From Octopus vulgaris (Eukaryota), in NCBI GenBank assembly GCA_951406725.2, contig OX597818.1, positions 27,796,001 through 27,920,000 on the forward strand: 124,000 nt of DNA. The letters run 5' to 3'. The notes under the pieces are model-generated. The model was not told where the DNA came from and did not search any database. It saw only the letters and a program-made list of their open reading frames with translations. Positions 111,471-124,000 of the stretch are shown here, piece by piece; within the stretch, counting starts at the first letter, position 1; each line of letters begins with the position of its first letter. The translations under genes and the position numbers were made by a program.

Positions 111471-111894
111471 AGCACAGAGAAAAAATAGTAAAAAGTTGTA
111501 AAAATGTCCTATCTATCCATTGCTACTATCCCAGATGTGTTTCTAGCTCTTTAGCTGTTATTGATAGGAAATAGTAAAGATACTGGTGAATTTTGTATAT
111601 ATATCATGGACTCTCCCTTTGTTAGATGATGTATTAAGGTTTGGTAATTTCTTGCCGAACAACCACACAGATGATTTGTAGTGATCAAATGTTTGTGTAC
111701 ACAGAAGCTTACCCCTTCATCAAATTGACATTACCTGTACAGGTGCAGCATGTGCCACATGTCAGATGATGAAATGATCACAGAAGAACCTGAAATGAAG
111801 TGCTTTGCTCAAAAACACAATGTAATGCCCAGTCTGGGACCCAGGAACTCACAATCATGAGTGCAACAACCTAACCATTAAGCCATGTGCCTTC

Positions 111895-111937
<43 letters not shown>

Positions 111938-113831
111938 GTATGGGGTAAAAGTCTTAGGTCTTGGTTGAGTGTAAAGGTAGGTAATTTTCAAAGAAGCATT
112001 CAGCTCAAATACTGGGCTATCAACACTGTCAGATTCCAGGCCAATGTCCAAATTCCTCAGTTGTAGATAATCCTTATTTCATGACAATCACATCATAAAG
112101 TGAGTTTGGTGAAGAGTAAATTCTAATCAAAATGATAAAACAAAGAAAATTCTTTAACACATCTTTAATGATTTGTTACAATTGTTTCTGTACCAACTCT
112201 GTTTGCAATGCCTTCAGTTGGTTATCCACTTGTCATCCTCAGTTGGTTATCTTGTAAAAATTTCATGTTGTTCTCTATGTTATATGTCTCTATGTCCTCC
112301 TCCTTCTCATCAAATGCTTCAATTAGAACATCTCTAAATCTGTGACTCTGTAAAGCCCTAAAGTATAAAGTCACTAACTACTAACATATGTTGAGTTATG
112401 CAATCTCAACCAGAGAAGAACTTCACATTCATTGGCATCTGCTTGCCCCTGTTTCTGGTGAGAAGTTATCTGGTTTATGAGCCCTCCAGATCAATAAGTT
112501 GCTAGCTGGTTTTCTGAAGTTAGTGTTCTTTATTTCTAGTACCAAATCCATAACAACTATGCATACCATGAAATCCATTGGAATGCTTCCCAACATATCC
112601 ATTGAAGTCATCAACCATGATTAATAAGTTCACTTTCTTTTGTTGTTGAGGTATTCTGCAAAAGGGACTCATAGAAATGGTCCTCTGTTCATTGTCAGGC
112701 CAGTGTGGGGAGTATATGCAGAGATAAATGTCACTGTCACATTATACGACTAGTCTTAGCCTAATAATGCTATAACACACTCTGAGTACATTGATCACCT
112801 TATCCATTTCCAGCCGAAAGTATACTATACTATCGAACTCATCATTACTGCTTACCCAAAAGAATTTATATCTATATTCCTTGCCCACAAGCAATCTAGC
112901 TGAGGCTCCCTTCCATCACGCCTCTTGTACACAGCACATATATACATGTCTCCACTCTATCATTTCAATAATCTCACAATAATTCCCTTTCACTTATAGA
113001 AGCTATAAATTTGCAAGTTGGGAAGATTCTAGTGTATTTTAAAGCACTGTCATTAAAAAAGTTACATTCGAAGAATAATCCATGTCCTTACTGAAGTTAA
113101 TCCAAACTGGAGAATAGAGTTCTGGGAATGATATTTGGAAAATGCTCATTTTCCTACAAAAAATGTTTGATGTGATGAGACTACATTTAATTTAAAGGGT
113201 TCAATTAATTATTACAATCGACTCTCCCAGGGATCTGTGAATTCACAAATGAGAATTCATTTTAATTTATCAGGTTTAGAGCACAATGCAGCTTATCATC
113301 AAAAGAATTGGACAATACTTTTTTGACAGTATTGTGACTGGTGTTATTTACTTGAACTTGTGATAATCTGTTTGCTAAGCAGTAAAGAGTACCTTGAAGT
113401 TGTGGAGTTTTATTTCCAGCAAGATGGGGAACATCCACATCATCATAGTAATGTAAGGACCTACCTTGATAAGATTTTGCCAAACTGGTGGATTGGATGA
113501 AGATGTTCAGCAGAATACTCTCCACATTCATCAGATCTCTCACTACTAGACCGACCTCTTTTTTGTATAGGGATACTTAAAAGATAAGAATGTCCACATA
113601 TACCAAATGAAATGCTTCTGGAGGTTTGCAATTCCATTGTACTGTGTTATCACCAGTGCTTGGACCAGAATGGTCATCTGTTGGAAGGCATGTGCTCATA
113701 AAACAATTTAATTCTCTCTGCAGATTCTATCCAATTTTGGAAATGAAATGTATTTTAATAAATATTGACTTTATAGTCAATGTGTGAACATTTGTTTGGT
113801 ACTTCTGTGTGTGAACAAACACATACATACA

Positions 113832-113862
<31 letters not shown>

Positions 113863-114528
113863 CATACATACATACATACATACATACATACATACATACA
113901 CACACACACATACATACATTACATACATACATACATACATACACACACATACATACATACATGGTGGCTGCCCCCTCGTTATTGAGTATGGCCATTGCAC
114001 GAAGCTTAATCAATGTTGTTATCATGCAATGCCTGTGCAAGAAGATTTTTTTTTAAGTGAGAAAAGGCTGTGCACTGAGTCAATCCCACTCACTAAGCAA
114101 CAGCAGCCATAATCCGAAAAGAAGAACAAGTCAACATCATCAGTAACCACTGAGCCGTAGGTTTTATGTCGGAGTTATCCCAGTTACCTGAGTTACCTTC
114201 TCCTGGAAAGATGCCCTAACAAAGGCTAGGAGTCCTTCACTCCCAATGGTTTAACCACGCGATCAGGTATTCAGTCTGATTATTTCTATGTCCGATTATT
114301 TCTATGTCCCCGCACATGATACAGCCTTAAGACATTTAATGGATGGCCGTTGACTCTCAAGAGTTCCTCCGCCCTTTGACGGGTTTTGATTTTCTTCCCG
114401 CAGGGTGTCCAATAAACACCCTCTTCACCAAGCAGGCTTAGTGGGGTTGCCGGTTTAGTTGCCGACGACCCGACCATGCAACAGGCTGTACTGGGTTACA
114501 TGTTACCAATAGCACTTGAAAGTGACAA

Positions 114529-114567
<39 letters not shown>

Positions 114568-114844
114568 TACATACATACATACATGTATATATATTTATTA
114601 ATTTGCACATTTAACTTAACTTGGATGTGATATTTTAATGATGCAATAAACTGCAGTATATAGTCCCTAGAAATTATCTTGTATAGATTATAAATGCAAA
114701 AAAGCACAAATTATATTGGCAGATGAACTTAATAAACACTTGTGTTAGGACTGCTGTATCATGTGATTTCAGCATATGTTTGTATCTTCAGTAGTAGTTA
114801 CCTAAATGCTAAATGCTAGACCAAAATTTCATCAAATATATATA

Positions 114845-115400
114845 TGTTTATACAAGGGAGAATCAAAAATTATATGCACTCTTGTGTTTTCAATGTATTT
114901 ACACAAAAGCAAGGGATAAACAAGTATGTAATTTTTCTATATAGTCTCCTTCATTTTCAATACAATTGGTGCAGAATTCCACAAGCTTGCATATTCCCTC
115001 CAAGAAGGTTTCCAGTTGATCATACAACCATTTATGCACCACTTTCTTCATATCTTCATCTATGGGAAATTGACGACCTCGCAAGCCATCTTTGAGTAGT
115101 CCAAAGATATAATAGTCAGAAGGGGCAAGATCTGAGCTATAGGTAGGGTGTTCCAGTACCTCAAAACCCAATTGGTTAATAGTTTGAATGGTCTGTGTGG
115201 GCTTGCATTGTCATGCAGCAACAATGTTTGGTGCAAGTGAACCCTGCTGCACTCTTCACCACAACTTTCTCTCACTCTTTCTTCCTGTTTCTGTCGTGCC
115301 TGTATTTCAAAGAGCCAGACTTGACTCACTCTATGTCACACTGAATCTCCCCGTGAACTACGTTAAGGGTACACATGTCTGTGGAGTGCTCAGCCACACA
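114845..115400 (-). mobile_element. Mariner C-terminal remnant
   Basis: YSSDLAPSDYYIFG motif. Confidence 0.8.
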
Positions 115401-115482
115401 CTTGTTAATTTCACAAGCCAGCTGTTCCATTGATCAGATCAACTGGAACCCTCGTTGTCATAACTGACAGAGTGCTACGATG

Positions 115483-115540
<58 letters not shown>

Positions 115541-115543
<3 letters not shown>

Positions 115544-115852
115544 CGTGTGTTTTTATTGGCTAAACTGACAAAATGACCATTCCGAAATATAACAATATAT
115601 ATATATATATAAATTAGAAAAAAAACACCTTTTATCAATTCAAAATGAAAAATTAAACTTATCAAAGTATATGTATATATATATATATATAGATATATAT
115701 ATTATATATATATATAATATATATATACTTTGATAAGTTTAATTTTTCCTTTTGAATTGATAAAAGGTGGTTTTTTTCTAATTTATATATATATATATTG
115801 TTATATTTCGGAATGGTCATTTTGTCAGTTTAGCCAATAAAAACACACGCAC
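115541..115852. repeat. Near-perfect palindrome, ~130-bp arms with a (TA)-rich spacer
   Basis: Read directly. Confidence 0.9.
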
Positions 115853-116178
115853 TATATATTTGGTGTTATTTTGCTTCAGTGTTATTTATTTTTTACATTA
115901 ATCTTAATCTAATTTCCGCCAGAGTTCTTTCGTCACACTCCTGTGACCGCATCAGTGGTCCTTTGTTTTCTTCTTTCTTATTTGTGTCTCTCCTTACTAA
116001 CCGTCAGCCATTTTGTATTTCTATTGTATGTCTTCATTTGCGCATGTTTATTATTTGCGTCTATGTTTATTTAGTGTGTGTGGGGGGATGCCTGTAATAT
116101 TTGTATTCCGAAATATAACAATATCTGTTTCAACACACGACTTCACATAAAAAATCTTGCACAACAAATATATAAACG

Positions 116179-116210
<32 letters not shown>

Positions 116211-116500
116211 TCCGTAATAATGAAGGGTGAAATTAATTAATTTGGAATAATTATCAATTACACCAAGTAGTCTTCGGCATGTAAAAGCCTCATTCGAGGA
116301 AAATTTAAGTAATACTAAGCAATAAAGGGTTTAGCAACGAATTGCCTTACCACATACCGAATTTAGAAATAGCAGTCAAAGAGTTATAGCTATTTCTTCT
116401 ACTAAAAAGGGAGATCTCAGTAAAAACAGCAATTGGAAGGCAGACACAAACAGGTAAGAGAGAATGAATTGACGGCAATCTATCATACATTTTTAAGTTA

Positions 116501-116607
116501 TCTACGGACGTACGTTTCGAAATCAAGTTTTTAGGAAAGCATAAGAATTAAATATTAAATATTAAATAATTCTATCTTACCGAAACTTCTTTTCTCTTCA
116601 GCGTAGA
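116501..116607 (-). ncRNA. Type I hammerhead ribozyme with elongated stem II
   Basis: Minus strand: tctacg-CTGAAGA-gaaa...tttc-GAAAC-GTAC-GTC-cgtaga; stems I, II and III all pair and the core is intact. Confidence 0.78.
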
Positions 116608-117759
116608 ATACTATAATCATAAATGATTATATATTGAATTTTGAGATACTAGAAGGCACCAACTCAACTCAGTATCAGAGCGAGCTAGAATCCGCAACTA
116701 GTATCACCGCAACTAGTATATATATATATAGATATATATATATATATATATAATGTGTGTGTATTTGTGTATTGTATATAAGTGGGGTGCAAAATAAGTA
116801 ACTGAGGTAAAATGAATAATTTCTGATTTCTTGATATTTTCTCCCTATCATTACATTGCAAGTATTGCCTCATTATTTTATACTGGTGCATCATCTTTAG
116901 AAGTAAAAATTCGTCAGCACAGTTGTTGTTGTTGTTGAAGTTGAGAGATTTTGGAAAATAATCAGGTGACAAGTATTTCTTTTCAAGAAATTTTTCCTCT
117001 ATTTCGACCTGTTTGTAACTGAGGTTGCTAATGAAATATCTGGGTGTCAATTTTTTAAAAAACTGATGTCTAAGATGGGATAAAATGGGCCATGATTAAT
117101 TTTAGAAATTTCTTCTCTTTAACTGCATGTTGTGTAAATATTTTGGGAAGAGAGCCACTTCAGCAGATTGTGAAGAAGCTAAAGAGTATATTTTATGTTG
117201 AGGTTTTTTGATTAATTTCATGTCTCATGCCATTTTTCCCTGATTCTCTTTCATTTGACCTAAAAGTTAAAAATTTTTGTTGCAGTTTTCATCCTTCTGA
117301 TGTCTAATGATGTATATTCATATGTATGAGTTTGTTTTCAAATGTAATTCTGAAGAATGAAAGAGGTGAATTTACATTTCCTCTTGGCTTGCTGATTTTG
117401 CCTCAGGTAAATTTATTTTTTATATGTTCAAAGAGAATGGTGATAATTTTCTGAAACAGTGTTCAGATTGTTCAAATATTTTTAATGCATTTAGAGAAGA
117501 TCATTTACTTGGCTGATACTGTTTTTGTAAGCTTGTGAAAATTTATCAAAAATATATTTCTTCTCAATGTCAAAAGTGCAGTCAAAGCTCCTCATTGTGT
117601 CCTATCATATATCCATCCATCCACACACACACACACACACACACACATAAATAAATAACAACAGATTGATAATATGTCAATCCACTACAGCTGTTTCCAA
117701 CGAATTTTTAATTGATTAATGGAAACATTACATCATTAGAAAATCCCATTTTCCTCAGG

Positions 117760-118370
117760 TAAATACATGAATCATAACATTCAAAAACATGCAAAAGCCA
117801 ACATGCAGTGGAAGCACCCTACCACACATACTCCAAAAAAGGCCAAGGTCATTTAATCAGCAAGCAGAGTGATGGTCTCAGTTTTTTGGAATGCAAAAGG
117901 CATTGTGTCTATTAACTATCTTCAAAAGAGCCACACCATCAATGACAAGTACTATGCCAACTTGCTGAGGAAATTACTAAAGGCTATCAAGACCAGATGC
118001 TCAAAGTGGTCTTGTTTTATCAGGAATATACTCCAGCACAGAAGTCCTTGGTTTCAATGGCTGCTGTGCATGAGTGTGGTTTTGAATTGGTTGATCAACC
118101 TCCCTATTCTCCTGATTTGGCCTAATCTGACTATCACCTGTTCTCTAACATAAAAAAAAACAAGGCTGGGAACTAATGTCACAATGATCATGACATATGT
118201 GTTGTTGATGACTTTTTTGACCAACATCATGAAGTAGGATCCAAGCACTGCAACCCCAATGGAAAAAATGTATGGACTGCAAAGGGGACTATGTTGAAAC
118301 ATAAACCTCATTTGATCACATTCCATGTGAGTATCTTGATCAGCCTATGAACTTTCCTGCCAGCCCTCAT
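117760..118370 (+). mobile_element. Mariner catalytic-domain remnant
   Basis: VMVSVFWNAKG, PPYSPDL, SDYHLF motifs. Confidence 0.8.
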
Positions 118371-118842
118371 AATATGTTTAAAGGAATTTTGTGACTTTGC
118401 TGGTGTGGAATACAACAGCAGTTGAAATTATTTTTTACATTTATTCTAGCATGAAATCCTACTTTTCTTCCAAGCCTGGGACTGATAAAACAGAGAGATA
118501 TGTTTAGTTTTTTTTCATGAATAGCCCAGTTTTTGGCAACAAATTAGAGGACAGTACCAAGCAGAGGTACCAAACTAGAAATGCAAAACTTGAATACAAT
118601 TATGGAAAATCGTCACCATCATCATCACCACCAACACCACCACCATCATATCTTATATACTTGCTCTTCATGATCTCACCATGATAATACTTGTTGTTCA
118701 GTGGGTTCCTGTTTTTGCATAGACAAGCTTCTATGATTAATGTTAAGTTATTTTCTACATTGTAGTATTTTGCATCATGGACTTCATGCTCCTTATTTGT
118801 AGAAATTGTTCCTATCAGTGTTTATTCTTTTGTTTGTAGATA

Positions 118843-118897
118843 ATGGAATTCAATCTGTTATATTTGAAATACCTGTTTATTATTCAATTTTTCTGTG
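118843..118897 (+). CDS. Gene 2 signal-peptide exon (MEFNLLYLKYLFIIQFFC)
   Basis: Acceptor tttgtag| 3 nt before the ATG, donor G|gtaagt, hydrophobic; joins 123200 in frame (..FFC-V-SLKEID). Confidence 0.65.
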
Positions 118898-119308
118898 GTA
118901 AGTAACACTATGTTTCTGATATAAACACTTTTTGACCCTGACTGTCTATATCTATTATCATAGCCAATATATAGATCCAGAGTTGTACAAAGTGTATCAG
119001 AGAATATTCACTATTAGATGAAATGTAGACATGGACATGATTCTGTGATCTAGAAGTTAAGTGCAAACATGGCTAAGAAGTTTGTGTCCCAACCATGTGG
119101 CTTTGGTTTCAGTCTCACGCCAAGGCAACGTTGGCAAGTATCTTCTACTGTAACTCCAGATTAACCAAAACCATGTGATTGGATTTGGCAGATAAAACTG
119201 AAAGATGACCATCATATATATATATAAATAAGACAAGTAAAAACAATAACGTGAAGATGTGGCACATGCAGAGTATTAATAAAATACTCAGAGAAGGAAA
119301 GAAAGGGT

Positions 119309-119345
119309 GATTTACATTTCGAGCAAAGCTCTTCTTCAGAAACAG
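119309..119345 (-). ncRNA. Minimal hammerhead-like motif (Penelope pLTR type); second copy at 69980-70014
   Basis: Minus strand gttt-CTGAAGA-a-gagc-ttt-gctc-GAAA-tgta-aat. Confidence 0.5.
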
Positions 119346-119607
119346 TGCCTAGAGGAGGTAGTGCTGCCCTGCGTGAAGAAGGTGGCTGCTAGAGGGCCCT
119401 TATGTCTGACAACAGAACTCTGCACCATGCCACACAAGCATGGGAACCCAGTCATAGCTGTCACACAATTTTTGCGACTACAGTAATGCAGTATGCTTAT
119501 TTTGATTTTAATCACCTTATTTTGAAATTGTATGGATAATAGCGTACTAAATTCTGGTGCCTCAACTTAAGTACCATATTCATTTGAATCTAAATTTTTG
119601 CTGAACT

Positions 119608-119655
<48 letters not shown>

Positions 119656-121770
119656 ATAATAATAATAACGGGTAAAATTAATTAATCAATTAATAATTAT
119701 TAATTTTACCAAGTAGCTCGGTATCTTAAAAGAACCATTATGGGTAAAATTATACAAAAATTCTATAATTATGAGCAGAATTATAATTAGGGTTCGGCAG
119801 AATTTACTTCACCACATACCAAAATTTAGAAATAGCAGTTAAATACTATTCTGCTACCATAAGATATCTCCCAGACATGCTCATAATTATAGAATTTATA
119901 TATATATATATATATATATATAGTGAGAGAGAGAGAGAGTGGTATATATGTATGTGTGTATTTGTATGTTATTAATGTAAGGTGTTCAAGGATGGTGTAC
120001 GTAAGTGAGTGGAAATGAAATAATCAGAAGGCTTTTTGGGGGGTGGTTAATATAACAGATTTATTTAGAGAGAGGGCACAGTGTAACAAATAAACAAATG
120101 TAATTGTGATTTTCACTTGTGTATAATGATGTGTGCGATGATAGAAATAACTATCTGCTGGAGTGATGCTGGCAGAGAAAATAAACAGTAAAAATCCATA
120201 CATTGTGTGAAAGAGAAAATGCAATAAATTGTTTCCAAGTGAGTGTATAAGTAACTCATCAGCATGTTGTTCCATGTGACCGAGGTCACTGGACAATTGA
120301 TTATTGTTTGTTAACCTTCTTGCTTCTAGGCAGCAACTGACTTTTCTTACTTGAATTTTGGCACCAGTCATGCTGGGCAGAAGTCATCATATTCTTTTGC
120401 TGCTAGCTTTTAAAGAGCAGAGGAATGCAGCACTAGTGTGTTGCTATTCTGGAATGAAATAGTTCGACTGCACTGCTACAGATACCTTCCCCCAGACTGC
120501 AAGTCAGTCAAAGCAGCTAGGGATTGTAGGGTGTTAAGCACACATTAAAAAACAAAACAATAGCAATTTGGACATTATAATCACAAGGGCATGCAAGGAA
120601 TGGTCCAGGACCAGCAATAATTACAAAGAAAAGTTAGAAATCACAAGACATCTGATTATAGGAAAAAAAAAATGTCAAGCAAAATATCGGATATTTACAA
120701 ACATATATGCAAGGAGAAAAAGAGTCCTGTACAGCAAAAACAAATGTACACAATAGCAAAAAGGAAGCAGTAGGAAGGTCTTCATAGCTTGCTGTCCAAG
120801 AAGGTGGTCTCCATGAGATAGAGCAAGCAGAACCTGTGAAGTAGTTCAACTGCAGTGCTACAGTGGCTTTGTTGATGGCATAGTCTACTGCATAAAGCAT
120901 GACTGGGCTTCTTAATACATTGTGCAATCAGAAGAAAATACTCGTTTATATGTGTTGTTTATTTTCAGTTCTCTGCATAGACATGTCCAAGGGAGATTAT
121001 TGCCTTGCCTGGAAACAAGTGGGGGTTTGTGGCAGAGAGGTCATCCAGTCATAGAAAATTCTGACCTAAGTAAATGTTAAAATGATGATGATGATGATGA
121101 TGATGATGATAACGATGATGGTGATATATTCTGCTCAATATAGAAGTTCTAAAGAGTGAGAGTGAAGCAAAATGTTGAAAAAATGTGAAAAATATATTAA
121201 AACTCACTTATACAAAGATTTTTCAGGAAAATTAAGTTGACTGACAAATTCTTGATGTCATTAGTCTATGAAAGATCATTGCTATGACTAACTATATCAA
121301 TAATCCTTTCTACTATAGGCACAAGGCCTGGATCTTTGTGGGGAGGGGGACAGTCAATCATATTGACCCTAGTACTCAAGTGGTACTTAATTTATCGACT
121401 CCGAAAGGATGAAAGGTAAGTCGACCTTGGTGGAATTTGAATTTAGAACATAATGGCAGACAGAATGACAGACATAATGTCTCAATGCTTCTCATTGAGA
121501 CATTTATTTTACAACTATTATTCCTCCTGATTAGAAGATATAATATGTGAGTCATTGACAGCAAGGTGATGTCTTAGGCATCATCTATGATATATATTGA
121601 TGTCACTCCTACTTAGCTCTCACATTTCATTCTCTTTGAAATATCCTCTATAAGACTAATCACATTCAATTTTAAATTATATATTAAAAGGAATTTTTCC
121701 ATTAATCCTCATAGTTTTCATTTATTTTAAATTGTTGTCTTTCCATTAGAAAACTTACACATTTTAAATA

Positions 121771-123024
121771 TAGGGTTGTCTGGAAAGTTCTTGCCGATTT
121801 ATAGTAGCTTACCTTTCAACTTATTTTAGAACATGGTTGAGTCCTTAAAATAGGATTTGACTATACCTCCATTTAGAGCACAGTTTAAGCTATCTTTTCA
121901 TGGAAGAAGGTTTATGATCCTATAACCTGTGTTAATTCTGTAACCCTTTAAAATGGAAGATAAGACAGTTCATTTTCGGCACTTGATGCTTTTCTTTTTC
122001 CATAAAGGGAAAATCCTCACAAGCAACCAAAGAAATATGCGCAATTTACGATGATGTTTCTTTATCTGAAAGAACTGTACGGAAGTGGTTCACAAGGTTC
122101 TGAGCTGGAGATTGTAGCCTTATTGATAAAGAGCAATCAGGCAGGTCATCCACTACAGATGATGACCAAATCAAGTCATTAATTGAGAATAACCCACATT
122201 GCACAACCTGAGAATTAGCAGAAAGCCTCAACCTATCAAAATCTGTCATTCATGAGCACCTGGTAATGCTTGGGTACACAAATCACTATGATGTTTGGGT
122301 ACTACATGAGTTGAGTGAGAAGAACATTTTGGATTGCATTTCCATCTGTGATTCACTTTATAAATGGAATGAAAATGTGCCTTTTTTTTAAAACAAATTG
122401 TGACAGGTGATGAGAAATGGATTATCTACTGAAATGTTCAGAGAAAGCAATCCTGGAGTAAGCGACATGTGCCACCCTTAGCCACCCCAAAAGTGGGTCT
122501 TCACCCTAAAAATGTCTTGCTTTGTGTCTGGTGGGTTTGGAAAGGAACTCTGTGCTATGAGCTTCTCCCAAGTAACCAGACAATTAATTCTGAGAAATAC
122601 TGCACACAACTGGATGAGTTAAAACAGCAATACAAGAGAAACATCCAGAATTGGCCAACAGGAAGGGTGTTGTTTTCCAACATGATAATGCAAGACTGCA
122701 CATTTCTTTGGAAACAAGACAAAAATTGCTGCATATTCACCAGATATTGTTCCTTTGGATTTCCACTTATTCAGGTCTCTGCAGAATAGTCTTAATGGTA
122801 AAAATTTCAATTCCTTGGATGACATAAAAAGATACCATGATGAATTCTTTGCCATGAAACCACCTCAATTTTGGGAAGAGGGTATTTTCAAGTTAAAGGA
122901 AAGATGGAGATGCATTGTGCAACAAAATGGTTCATATTTGGTTGATTAAAAATGTAATGGCAAGTATTTATTGACCTTTTTCTTTCCTTTAAAAATCGGC
123001 ACAAACTTTCCGGACAACCCAATA
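121771..123024 (+). mobile_element. Full-length degraded mariner (~1.25 kb) with TIRs
   Basis: TIRs gggttgtctggaaagtt..gccgattt and aaatcggc..actttccggacaaccc; VTGDEKWI, GLHPKNVLL, FHLFRSLQN motifs. Confidence 0.9.
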
Positions 123025-123199
123025 ACAAGGTAGCTATTAAACAATATGTTTGTATTTATATATAAATGTATGTATGTATGTATGTATGTATGTATGTATG
123101 TATGTATGTATGTATGTATGTATGTATGTATGTATGTATGTATGTATGTGTATGTATGTATATGTATATATATGTGACTTATATTTTCTTTTCCTTCAG

Positions 123200-123475
123200 T
123201 TTCTCTCAAAGAAATTGACATGGTAAAATTTGTCAGGAAAAAGCAACCAACAGCTCTTGAATGTCTTGCACAGCAAAAAGTTGAATACTGGCAAATCAGA
123301 ACACAGAAAATGAGTGGTCCTGGCTGGTCACCTATCAAAAATAATGAATTTGAAGCAAATGTGCTTTCTGAAAAAGCCAACATTTTAAACGTCACTCTTC
123401 TTTCAAATAGTGATTTAACATTAACTTGTCAGGGCACTGACAAAGAGATAAAATTTCAGGCAATACCACTATATA
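123200..123475 (+). CDS. Gene 2 N-terminal Ig-like exon (VSLKEIDMVKF...ALECLAQQKVEYWQ...LTLTCQG...IPLY)
   Basis: ttttccttcag| and A|gtaagt; 276 nt, phase 1-1; C..W..C Ig spacing. Confidence 0.75.
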
Positions 123476-124000
123476 GTAAGTACCATATAGTAATCGTATT
123501 TTCATATTTTCCTGACCATGAACAAAATATATTTCTCTAAACACTAACTTTGGGTTTCAGTCAAGTCATAAAATCTGATAGTTGTAACCAACAAATATTG
123601 TCAATAATATTTTAATATCTATAAATTTCCTTCTTATATCATTCCAGTAATATTGAAATAGCAATATTATGGCTGAGATTATTTGTTTGATTTGCAGAAG
123701 AGAGATTTAGTTGCTAGTATGTGATCCATGAATTGTTCTTGGTTTGATGAAATTCACAAAATTATTAATTATTCTAAAAGGCTCAGAAATGTTATGTATG
123801 TATGTATGTATGTATGTATGTATGTATGTATGTATGTATGTATGTATGTATGTATGTATGTATGTATGTATGTATGTATGTATGTATGTATGTATGTATG
123901 TATGTATGTATGTATGTATGTATGTATGTGTGTGTGTGTATGTATGTATGTATGTATGTATGTATGCATGCATGCATGCATGTATGTATGTATGTATGTA

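Overview
AT-rich, repeat-dense animal DNA; the repeat families look like an octopod cephalopod genome (inference, no search run). The ORF track is almost all microsatellite or transposon noise, so I rebuilt the genes by hand from splice sites. Gene 1 (+ strand, 4854-~85465, 5' end not found and probably outside the window) is an immunoglobulin-superfamily type I receptor: three Ig-like exons, a transmembrane exon, two frame-coupled microexons (19+17 nt), then about 22 small phase-1 exons of 30-60 nt spread over 43 kb. About 20 of these form a tandemly duplicated array of two alternating tyrosine-motif cassettes (EPxYLxM-type and DDxYVN/SV-type), including Tyr-less and splice-dead copies. Gene 2 (+ strand, signal-peptide exon at 118843, Ig exon at 123200) starts a second IgSF gene. 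The rest is RTE, R4/Dong, CR1 and Penelope-like retroelements (several with hammerhead-ribozyme motifs), Gypsy remnants, Tc1/mariner elements, SINEs, foldback palindromes, a 28S rRNA fragment and long microsatellites.
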